The notes under the pieces are model-generated. The model had not been told where the DNA came from. It searched no databases and was given only the letters and a program-made list of their open reading frames with translations. A stretch of 64,000 nucleotides of DNA from Squalus acanthias (lineage: Eukaryota). Shown here in pieces: positions 33,967-45,073 of this stretch. Within the stretch, counting starts at the first letter, position 1; each line of letters opens with the position of its first letter. Location: the NCBI GenBank assembly GCA_030390025.1, contig CM059432.1, positions 17,422,001-17,486,000 on the forward strand, in the 5' to 3' direction. The position numbers and the translations under genes were made by a program.

Positions 33967-34343
33967 AGGGTAGATGCGGGGAGGATGTTTCCCCAGGCTG
34001 GGGAGTCTAGAACCAGGGGTCACAGTCTCAGGATAAGGGGTTGGCCATTTAGGACTGAGATGAGGAGAAATTTCTTCACTCAGAGGGTGGCGAATCTTTG
34101 GAATTCTCTACCCCAGAGGGTTGTGGAGGCTCAGTCGTTGAGTATATTCAAGACAGAGATCGATAGATTTTGAATATTAAGGGAATCAAGGCCTATGGGG
34201 ATAGTTCAGGAAAGTGGAGATGAGGTAGAAGATCAGCCACGATCTTATTGAATGGCGGAGCAGGCTCCTATTTCTTATGTTCTTAGTCCTTCACTTAAGT
34301 TTGTTAATAAAAAAAAAAAATCACTTTGAAGCCAGGTCACGTT

Positions 34344-34560
34344 CATAGAATCATAACAGGGCAGAAGGAGGCCATTCGGCCCAATGTGCCTATGCCGGCT
34401 CTTTGAAAGAGCTGTCCAATTATCTGCCACCGCTCTTTCCCCATGGCCCTGCGTTTTTTTCCTTTTCAAACATATACTGAATTCCCTTTTGGACATTACC
34501 ATTGAATCTGCTTCCACCACTCTTCATTGCATTCCAGAACATAACTCGCTGCGTAAAAAA
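34344..34560 (-). mobile_element. CR1 3' end (another subfamily)
   Basis: CATAGAATCATAA...AGAAGGAGGCCATTCGGCCC tail signature. Confidence 0.65.
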
Positions 34561-35650
34561 TTCTCCTCAACTCCCCCATGTACGTTTGATTGTTAAGTGG
34601 AAGCTATGGTTGCTCAGGTGGCTGGCGTGGACACGATGGGCCGAAGGGCCTCTTTCTGTGCTGTATAACTCTAACTCTATGAGGTGTCACTGCTCATATT
34701 CTGGTGCCAGTGTGAAAGAGGTGTATGATTTCTGACTGCAATATATTTATAGTAAAGGTGACTCTACCTGAGTCAAAAGAGAGCGCTGATGCCAGCTTTC
34801 CTCCCTGAAGGCATGAAAATGAGTTGAACACAAAACACGCTTTGTATTTCGAAACTATGGAATAGCAGAAGGATAAATAAAACTCACCGGGGTAAATTTT
34901 CACTTTCACGGTCGGCCGGAAAACGGGCGGTCGCGGACTGGCCTTCGGTTTTACACAGCGTCCGCTTTTCGTCTCTGCTCACTTCAATGGGAATGAAAAT
35001 GGGGTGGGGTTTAAAACAGGCAGCCAATCCGTTCCCACCCGCTGGTCAAATGTGAAAATCCGCCCCCTTATAAAAGGACAAAATGCTTAAAAATCAATTG
35101 TCTCAAAATGGTCGTGGCTCACTTGCCAATGAACAGGATATTCTCAGAGAGCTTACGAGCCCAAAGGGAAAGAAAGAAGAAAGAAAGACTCGCATTTCTA
35201 TAGCGCCAATCAGCCCAACTCTGCGCCAGCAATTAGCTTTTCAATGTTGGTGCGGATGATCTGTCAAGTCGGAACTTGACAGATCGTAAGTTCGCGATTT
35301 CACGCGTTGCGCAAGTGCACGAGGTAATCCCGAACTTGCGGTCCATTTCAAAGGCGGTATGACAGCGGACTCTCAGAGCGTGTCGTCATACCCACCGCAA
35401 ATTCTGGCCCCGGTGTCTTTAAGCACTTGCGACTGTTGCTCATACGATATTCCGTCAGCTCTGTCCCTTAAATAAATGTTGTGTCCCACATGTTTTTAAC
35501 GTGTATTTTTCTTTCAGCGCCATGATTGCGGCTGAGCTGCCCGAGCTGTTGTTTCACATGCACATCATTGGAATAGGAACAAAGTCAAATTGTTTTAAAA
35601 ATGAGAAGTCGCACAACACCAGGTTATAGTCCAACAGATTTATTTAATTT

Positions 35651-35687
35651 TACAAGCTTTCGGAGCTGTTCGCTCCTTCCTCAGGTA
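35651..35687 (-). ncRNA. Minimal type I hammerhead ribozyme with an intact catalytic core, in a Penelope-type fragment (~35600-35690)
   Basis: UAC-CUGAGGA-A-GGAGC(GAACA)GCUCC-GAAA-GC-UU-GUA: CUGANGA and GAAA cores, 5-bp stem II, palindromic AGCU stem III and 3-bp stem I. Confidence 0.7.
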
Positions 35688-36639
35688 GAGTAGCTGTGAG
35701 AGAATCTCCCAGAATTCACAATATAAGCACAGAAAAAATCTATTCAAATCTTTCCCTACATCAAAGACACACTAAGAGCACAGCCAAGACAATGAGATGT
35801 GTCCCAGGGGGTCCAACGTGTCAAAACACCTGCTGGCTGCATATCCTGTCAATTTGTGTTGATTCTTGTGTTAGTCTTTGAAAAAAAAACACCTGGAAAG
35901 ACCGGCCATGATGTCAAGTCACGTTCTGTATCGTGACATTGTTTTAACTAAGTTCTGTAGTACAGGTTTGCTCCTGCAGGTGGCAGCCCAGACCTACAGT
36001 TTCAGTCCATTGGGAAACGGCTTGCGAAGGCAATGCTGCCACAGAATGGAGAAAATCGTATTTTTAAGATTGTTTTTGTTTCTCAAATTAGAAGAGCCCC
36101 CAGAGGAATGAGGATAGAGTCAGAAATTGATTCAGCCCAGACCAACTCTCAGCATCTGGCTCAAAAGCACACTGGCAGAGTTCTGGGAGCAGACCTGTCT
36201 GGAAACGTGGCCCAGGGAACTATAAAGTAACGAGTTACATAAATATAAAGGGGGTTTGGGGAGGGGAATGTGCACAGTGATGCAGGGTAATGGAGTACTG
36301 ATGTGATATCCTATGGCGTGTTGGGACATGGATTCAAGCTGGTGATTTCCCCATATGGAGATTGTCCACTTTCCGCTGTGGTGTTGAGGTGAGGCACCTA
36401 GGCGCTTCCCCACAGGAGGAGAGCGGATGCTGGAAGCCTCTAGGCTGCTCTTGTGTGCGTCCGAGGAGGCAAATCAAAAGTAGCGTCTTTGGCAGAAACA
36501 TAGCTGCAGCTTCCAGGCCATAATACTCAGTCAGGGAGGAGGGGCGAGAATCAGAGGGAAAACATGCTAAAAAAAAAACCCAAGCCACGAATGATCAGCA
36601 TCATCAAATTCTGAGACTATTTTCAGGCTTTGAAATAAT

Positions 36640-37066
36640 GATGGCTCTCACCTCTGAGTTAGGAGGTTGTGGGCTCAAGCCTCACTGCGGGGGGGGGGGG
36701 GGGGCTTCAGCACATAACCTAGGCTGACATTTCAGTGCCGCAATGAGGGAGTGCTCCATTGTCAGGGTGGCTGACTTTCAGATGAAATGTTAAACCGAGG
36801 CCCCAGCTGCCAACTCAGGTGGATGTAAAAGGTCTTGAATTACTATTTCCAAAGAAGAGCAGGAGAATTATCCTGCTCTCCTGGCCAACATTTATCCCTC
36901 AGCCAATACGGATTAATTGGTCATTTATCTCATTGCTGTTTGTGGGACCTTTCTGTGCGAAAACTGGGTGTTGCATTGCCTACAGAACCAACAGTGACTA
37001 CGCTTCACTGGCTGTAATGTGCATTGAGATTGTGAAAGATGCTGTATATATGAAAGTTCTTTCTTT
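36640..37066 (+). mobile_element. Deu-SINE (older, diverged)
   Basis: Head, AAACCGAGGCCCC core and L2-like tail. Confidence 0.7.
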
Positions 37067-37819
37067 AATACTTGTACTCATTCAGTATCATTTATGTTTA
37101 AATATCTTAAAAATTTAAATTTTCCCAATAAATTACTTTTGGAGGGGCTATAAAAATTCAAGATATTAAAATTGAAAGCATAAAGCACACTAGATTTTTC
37201 ATATGAAAATTAATGTTCTTTTAAATTGTGTTAAGAGAAATTGGAGCAAGACAATTATTGGTTTCAGATTTTCTATTACTGATTTAAATTTTTTGAAAGT
37301 GTTCTTGTCAGTTGGTATTTAATATTATTCTTGGACATTTCAAGATCGGGGAAAAATAATTTTGAAATTGGACGATTTTCTTAGTCATTTTTGGCGGCCA
37401 TTACAAAATAAATACTGTTGTGTTTCAAAATTTAACCAAATCCAAACTTTGCTTTGTCCTGTTTCACTGTCCAGGTCTATGGGTTTGGGTATTATCCTGA
37501 GTTATCTCTCATCCATTCTGCTGCAGGTGCTAATTATGTAGGTCGCCTTCCAAACGCTTCGCCATTGCTCTTTTATTATCTGACACACTGGGTCCCATTC
37601 CATGCCCCTTTCCTGGTTTGCTGTGTGTTCCTTTGACTGAGAGGCCAACATGGCTCAGAGGTTGGAGGTGTGTTCGTGGGGGTCCGTCAGAGAGTGAGGG
37701 TAAAGTTCCAGGGGACAGGTTCCTGCAGACTTTTGGAATGTGGCTAGCTCCTGGAGGACCTGCTTAATTTAGGGGTAAAAGAAAGAAGAAAAGACTTTGG
37801 CGGAAGAAATTCACTTGAA

Positions 37820-38513
37820 AAGTTAGCGCCAGGCGCTAACGATTTCAAACTTTTGAAAAATTCGCCGTTTGTGCTCCAAGAAGGAAGTGGAGCGCTAAAT
37901 CAAGTGCTCCGCTTCCTTCTTGCAGCGCAAACGGCAACAGGCGGGGCTGAGCGGAGCAGAGACTCCAGCAGCGTTGCACACTGGGCCGTGCAGCGCTGCC
38001 GCGTTCAAAGGCATCTTCCCTCCCGTAAAAGGAAGGACCATCGCTGCAGGCCGTGCAATATAAAAAGTACCTACCTGGACCACCAAGGCAGCCGCGATCC
38101 CGCGCAATCAGCCCGGCACTCAAGCAGAGTGCCAGGCTAATCGATCGCGGGCAGGAACCTGCGGAAAAAACGGGAACAGGAAAGGTAGGTTTTTTTTTTA
38201 CTTACCACTGCCTTTAATCATCGCCCCTGAAGCGGCCGACCGCCCAATGCGCGCCTCCTGCAGTTGTCAGTGTTTTCGACCGGCGCTGCTGCAGGGAGCG
38301 GAAGTCAATTTCGGGTCCGGGGCGCTACCGGGGGGCGATGCGCACGGCGATGACATCACGATCTCCGGGCGAAGGAGACCGGGGCGCAACGCCGTAGCGC
38401 CGCCGCAAAAACTCCCGCCGAAAATGACGGGAGTCGATGTCAGCGCCGCGCTCCATTTGCGCCCCGTTAGTGCCCCCTAACGGGAGGCGCAAAGGCACCC
38501 AATTTTGCCCCCT
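37820..38513 (-). mobile_element. Harbinger MITE (family A subtype)
   Basis: Reverse-complement copy of 22652-23400; ends GGCACCCAATTTTGCCCC. Confidence 0.8.
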
Positions 38514-38890
38514 TTGCATTTATATAGGAGATCCCAAAGCACTTCACAGATAATGAAATACTTTTGTAGTATAGTTCTTGTTGTAGTCTAGCGAAACGTG
38601 GAGCAAAGAGAGGAATGACCAGATGTTTTAGTGACATTGATTGAGAGGTAAAAGCCAAGTCACTGAGAGAACTACCTGTTCTTCTTCGAATAGTGCCATG
38701 GCATCTACCTGAGAGGGCAAATGGGACCCCAGTTTAACATCTCATCCAAAAGACAGCACCTCCAACAGTACAACACTCCCTCACTACTGCGCTGGAGCCT
38801 CAGCCTAGATTACATGCTCATGTCTCTGGAGTGGGCCCTCAACCCACATCCATCGAACTCTCAGGTGAGAATGCTACCGCTGAGCTAGGG
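38514..38890 (-). mobile_element. Deu-SINE (diverged)
   Basis: TTGCATTTATATAG tail and GAATAGTGCCATGG core. Confidence 0.7.
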
Positions 38891-39912
38891 TTGATACCTT
38901 GGGATGGGTTATGTTGAGTAGGGTAGAGTTTGTCTTCCAGTTGTCGGAAGGGTATAACCTAGCCTCATTCAAGGTTGGTAAGGACTTCCTCGTACCAGGC
39001 TCTGAATCCTCCAGTGATGAATGCATCTGTAAATTCCCCATTGTATCAGATTGGGAAAAGGGTCGAGGGTTTGTTTATACACTGACAGTGTTGTTATTGT
39101 GAGGTGTTTCTGGACCCCTATTGGCCTTTTCTCAGTGTCTGTGAATAGCAAGCTGTGTATTGGGAGGCCCTGGTCTCTGTGTCCAGGAGTGGCCAAATCC
39201 AAGCTAAGACTGCCTGATGTTGGGCAGCCCAATAATAGTGTCAGAGATCGGGGCTAGGATGGAGAGGGCGCCAGTTTTATTTGTACAGGCCAATGAGTTT
39301 GAGAATTAACTATTAATTCTAAACATTTGAAACCTGATTCTGACCATCCAATGGGATAGGACTTAAGGACATGGGTGGGGATATCCTGAGGGAGGGACAT
39401 GCCCTCTATTTTTATCCAGAGTGTTGCCTGAACTCCTCTTGGAATATATTGGCGATAGATGTGATGTGGTCAGTTGCACAAGGTGGGGTGTCATTTACAG
39501 GCAGCAATATTTTGTCCTCTAGTCCTCCAGCATCTACTTCATGAATGGCTGGGCTCCATGGCTACAGCAAAGTGGATAGGCAGTCAGTGATTCGTTGATG
39601 TCACAAGGGGCAATATGTAGATAAGGAAGAAGAAAGGGCCTCGGATGGATCCTAAGCACATTTCTGTGGTCATGTGGGGGGTGGGAAGAGAAGTTATTGA
39701 TTGGATAGGTAAGAGCGAAACCAAGTGAGGGCAGTCCCACTGAGCTGGACACTGGAAGGAGGATGCCTGTTTAATACTGGCACACTCAGTATTAGGTGGC
39801 AAATCAGTATCTGACTTGCAAAATTGGACGTCTGACGTCAGGACTTCATTTACAAATCATTTTTAATTTGCCCACCCAAATTTGGACAACACTTCCTCTG
39901 GCATTGTAACTT

Positions 39913-41632
39913 AACATAAGAATTAGGAGCAGGAATAGCAGGGGTAGGCCATAGAGACCTTTGAGCTTTTAGTCCCATTAGTTTCTCAAGTACTTTTTCT
40001 CTGCTGATATTAATTGCTTTAAGTTCCTCACTCTTATTAGCCCCTTGGTTCCCCACTATTTTTGGTATGCCTTTTGTGTCTTCTACTGTGAAGACAATTA
40101 CCAAATATTTGTTTAAAGTCTCTGCCATTTCCTTGTTCCCCATTAAAATTGCACCTGGCCCCAGCCTCTAAGGGACCAACGCTTACTTTTGCTACTCTCT
40201 TCCTTTTCACATACTTGTAGAAGCTCTTACAATCTGATTTTATATTTCTTGCTAGTTACTTTCATATTCTATTTTCTCCCTTTTTATCAATTTTTTGGTC
40301 ATCCTTTGCTGGTTTCGAAAGCTCTCCCGATCCTCCGGCTTACCAATATTCTTTGCAACATTATAACCTTTCAATCTAATAATATCCTCAACTTCTTTAG
40401 TTAGCCATGGATGGATCACTTTTCCTGTGGAGTTTTTATTTCTTAATGGAATGTATATTCATAGAAACATAGAAACATAGAAAAATAGGAGCAGGAGTAG
40501 GCCATTCGGCCCTTCGAGCCTGCTCCGCCATTCAATATGATCATGGCTGATCTTCTATCTCAATACCATAGTCCCGCTATCTCCCCATGCCCCATTGACT
40601 CCTTTTGCATCTAGAAATCTATCTATCTCCTTCTTAAATATATTCAGTGACTTGGCCTCCACAGCCTTCTGTGGTAGAGAATTCCACAGGTTCACCACCC
40701 TCTGAGTGAAGACATTTCTCCTCATCTCAGTCCTAAATGTCCTACCCCGTATCCAGAGACTGTGACCCCTCGTTCTAGAACCCCCAGCCAGGAGAAACAT
40801 CCTCCCTGCATCCAGTCTGTCTAGCCCTGTCAGAATTTTATTCATTTCAATGAGATCCCTTCTCATTCTTCTAAACTCTAGTGAATACAGGTCTAGTCGA
40901 CCCAATCTCTCCTCATACGACAGTCCTGCCATCCCAGGAATCAGTCTGGTGAACCTTCGCTTGCACTGCCTCTATGGCAAGTATATCTTTTCTTAGGTAA
41001 GGAGACCAAAACTGCACACACTACTCCAGGTGTGGTCTCACCAAGGCCCTGTACAACTGTAGTTAGAAATCCTTGCTCCTGTACTCAAATCCTCTTGCAA
41101 TGAAGGCCACAATACCATTTGCCTTCCTAACTGCTTGCTGCACCTGCATGTTTGCTTTCAGTGACTGGTGTACAAGGACACCCAAGTCCCTTTGTACATC
41201 AACATTTCCCAGTCTATCACCATTTAAATAATACTCTGCCTTTCTGTTATTCCTACCGAAGTGGATAACTTCACATTTGTCCACGTTATACTGCATCTGC
41301 CATGTATTTGCCCACTCACTGAACTTGTCTAAATTGCCTTGAAGCCTCTTTGCATCCTCCTCACAACTCACAATCCCACCTAGTTTCGTGTAGTCAGCAA
41401 ACTTGGAAATATTACATTTTGTTGAGAAGTTTGGAACATTTTTTTAAATGTCTACCACTGCTTATCTACCGTCATACCTTTTAATCTAATTTCCCAATCT
41501 ACCATAGCCAACTTGCCCCTCATACCTATGCAATTGGCTTCATTTAAGTTTAAGACTCTCGTTTCATATTTAGGTATTTCACTATCAAACTCAATGTGAA
41601 ATTCTATCATATTATGATCACTCTTCCCCAAT
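39913..41632 (-). mobile_element. CR1 fragment (endonuclease end and linker joined to a 3' tail) interrupted by a younger CR1
   Basis: LGKSDHNMIEF and MGNKEMAETLNKY; the tail AACATAAGAATTAGGAGCAGG sits directly adjacent, with the RT absent. Confidence 0.75.
40460..41416 (-). mobile_element. 5'-truncated CR1 3' portion
   Basis: WQMQYNVDKCEVIHFG...RDLGV...LSYEERL; (CTATGTTT)n tail. Confidence 0.92.
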
Positions 41633-42585
41633 GGAAACTTGTAAATATCATTTTGAAGGCCAGGGATCTGGCTTAACACCTCTCTATCTTATTTTTGTGC
41701 TTCTATCTGCACTGGAACAACCTGAAGTTGGGCATAAGACTCAGAAAACACAAGCTGAAGTCTAAGCACTTGGGCGATAGAGGGCCGCAACACCATACCT
41801 CAACAAGTGTCAGCATCATCTGGAGAGGAGGTAAAAAAAAGGGGGGTGGGGTGGGTGGGGGGTGAGGAGGAAATGGAAGAATTAAAAGAGACTGTTAAAT
41901 GGATTGTTTATTGGCTGTCCTCCATAGCGCAACAGCCTTCCAACACTCATGTGTGAAGAATGTCTACTTAGATAAGGTACCAGATGGTAATGAGCACTAT
42001 TGGACTCTACCTCAGAATCTTCAAATGAAAAGGGAAGAAAAACAGGAAAATATAAGTCATACTTTGGATACTCTTAAAGGCATTGGGATTTTGTGTGAAC
42101 AGCCTGCTGCCCATTATTGTAAGAACACAGGGTTAGTGGTAGAACAGAGGTCAATGAGTTGATTGAAGCGTACAGCTATGCTCTCGTTCTTCAGCCATAT
42201 CTCAGTCTGTAATTCCAACATGGAACATTTGTATTTAGACACTCTAATTGATTGATTCAAATTTAATTCTCATTGTCTAGCCAGCAGTCGGTAACGCATG
42301 ATAGACGTTTGGATTTGAAACAATCAACTTTAAACAGTGGAACAAACTCAAATTCCTAGCTGTCAGCAGAGCCTAAATGTTTGGCTTATAGAAAGGTACC
42401 AGTGGTTCATCCTGAGACATTGCTTCCAATGACTGTTGTGTGTCATTGGCGCTGTGCAATAGGGGAGAGGGAGCCCGTTATAAAATGGGACTGCTACGCA
42501 CTGGTTTCTCCGTCTCCTAAAACTCACCCCACTAACTCCCATTACTCACCTCTCTGCCTTCTGTTACTGACATCTTCGCTGAAAT

Positions 42586-42953
42586 AAAACCAGGAAATGC
42601 TGGAAATACTCAGCAGGTCAGGCAGCATCTGTGGAGAGAGAGAACTGGAAAATGTTAGAGATGTAACAGGTTTTAAGCAAGTACAGATCAGGGAAACGGG
42701 GGGGTGGGGGGGGGAAGGGGAGGAACGAACAAAAGGGAAGGTCTGTGACAGGGTGGAAGGCAGGAGAGATTAAATGACAAAAGAGATGATGGTGCATGGA
42801 AAAAGTTGACTGAGATATACTTGCTTAAAACCTGTTACATTGCTAACTTTTTCCAGTTCTGACGAAAGATCATCGACCTTTCTCCTGCTACCTGACCTGT
42901 TGAGTAATTCCAGCATATTTCAGATTTCCAGCATCCGCAGTATTTTGCTTTTG
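42586..42953. mobile_element. Penelope-like element remnant with inverted terminal segments
   Basis: AAATGCTGGAAATACTCAGCAGGTCAGGCAGCA is inverted against TGCTACCTGACCTGTTGAGTAATTCCAGCAT; broken hammerhead CTGACGAAAGATCATCGACC. Confidence 0.65.
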
Positions 42954-45073
42954 TCTTCTGTTACTGACCTCTCCACATCGTATTACTCACCCTCTTGTCT
43001 TCTTTTACCCATCCCTCCATCTGCTATTGCTCACCCCTCCATCTCCGAATACAGTCCCCACCGTTTATAAGCTTGCTGTTAACGTGATTTGCCCGCTATA
43101 CGTGGTAGACGGTAAAACAAAAACATGAAATAACCGATATATTTAAAAAAAACAAGAAGTCTCCATGCAGCAACTGCCTCTCCTAATGGTTAGCTGTTGC
43201 ATCCAGAATCCCATCACTAAAGCACTTGAGCAGGGTGCAAACAGCTGATTGAAACTGCTCGAGGGCCCGACAGTTACCTGAAATCAGCAGAGCTTTTTCA
43301 GTCGGCAAGTATAGGGTAAGTACTTATTGAACTGGTCAAAGTAGTCGGCACGCATAATATGTTAGAAGTGGCACCTTTGTAATTGACTCCTGTGGTAACG
43401 GCAAATGGTTAGTGCTATTTGCCTGACATATAGAAACATAGAAACATAGAAAAATAGGAGCAGGAGTAGGCCATTCGGCCCTTCGAGCCTGCTCTGCCAT
43501 TTAATATGATCATGGCTGATCCTCTATCTCAATACCATATTCCTGCTCTCTCCCCATACCCCTTGATGCCTTTTGTGTCTAGCAATCTATCTATCTCCTT
43601 CTTAATTATATTCAGTGACTTGGCCTCCACAGCTTTCTGGGGTAGAGAATTCCACAGGTTCACCACCCTCTGAGTGAAGAAATTTCTCCTCATCTCAGTC
43701 CTAAATGTCCTACCCCGTATCCGGAGACTGTGACCCCTCGTTCTAGACCTTCCAGCCAGGGGCAACATCCACCCTGCATCCAGTCTGTCTAGCCCTGTCA
43801 GAAATTTATACGTTTCAATGAGATCCCCTCTCATTCTTCTAAACTAGTGAATACAGGCCTAGTCGACCCAATCTCTCCTCATACGACAGTCCTGCCATCC
43901 CAGGAATTAGTCTGGTGAACCTTTGCAGCACTCCCTCTATGGCAAGTATATCCTTTCTTAGGTAAGGAGACCAAAACTGCACACAGTACTCCAGGTGTGG
44001 TCTCACCAAGGCCCTGTATAACTGTAGTAAGACATCCTTGCTCCTGTACTCAAATCCTTTTGCAATGAAGGCCAACATACCATTTGCCTTCCTAACTGCT
44101 TGCTGCACCTGCATGTTTGCTTTCAGTGACTGGTGTACAAGGACACCCAGGTCCCTTTGTACATCAACAGTTCCCAATCTATCACCATTTAAATAATACT
44201 CTACCTTTCTGTTTTTCCTACCGAAGTGGATAACTTCACACTTATTTATCCACGTTATACTGCATCTGCCATGTATTTGCCCGCTCACTCAACTTGTCTA
44301 AATCGCCTTGAAGCCTCTTTGCATCCTCCTCACAACTCACAATCCCACTTAGTTTCGTGTCGTCAGCAAACTTGGAAATATTACATTTGGTTCCCTCATC
44401 CAAATCATTGATATATATTGTGAATAGCTGGGGCCCAAGCACTGATCCCTGCGGTACCCCACTAGTCACTGCCTGCCACCCCGAAAAAGACCCATTTATT
44501 CCTACTCTCTGTTTCCTGTCTGTTAACCAATTTTCAATCCATGCCAGTATATTACCCCCAATCCCATGTGCTTTAATTTTGCACACTAACCTCTTATGTG
44601 GGACATTATCAAAGGCCTTCTGAAAATCCAAATACACCACATCCACTGGTTCTCCCTTATCTATTCTACCAGTTACATCTTCAAAAAACTCCAGTAGGTT
44701 TGTCAAACATGATTTCCCTTTCATAAATCCATGTTGACTTTGTCTAATCCTGTTGATATTTTCTAAGTGTCCTGTTATCACATCCTTTATAATAGACTCT
44801 AGCATTTTCCCTACTACTGATGTTAGGCTAACTGGTCTGTAGTTCCCTGTTTTCTCTCTCCCTCTTTTTTTAAATAGTGGGGTTACATTTGCCACCCTCC
44901 AATCTGCAGGAACTGTTCCATAATCTTGGATTTTGGAAGATGACAACCAATGCATCCACTATTTCCATGGCTACCTCTTTTAGTACTCTGGGATGCAGAT
45001 TATCAGGACCTGGGGATTTATTAGCTTTCAGTCCCATTAATTTCTCCAGCACTATTTTTTTTACTAATACTAA

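Larger units (their letters stand above)
33698..34284 (+). mobile_element. CR1 3' end interrupted by a 134-bp Penelope-type insert
   Basis: LSYEERLSRLGLYSLEFRRMRGDLIETYKILTGLDRVDA | GRMFP...RTRGHSLRI. Confidence 0.9.

Noticed and set aside
36689-36704. Long poly-G run inside a SINE
   Set aside because: Homopolymer expansion or sequencing artefact with no further structure.
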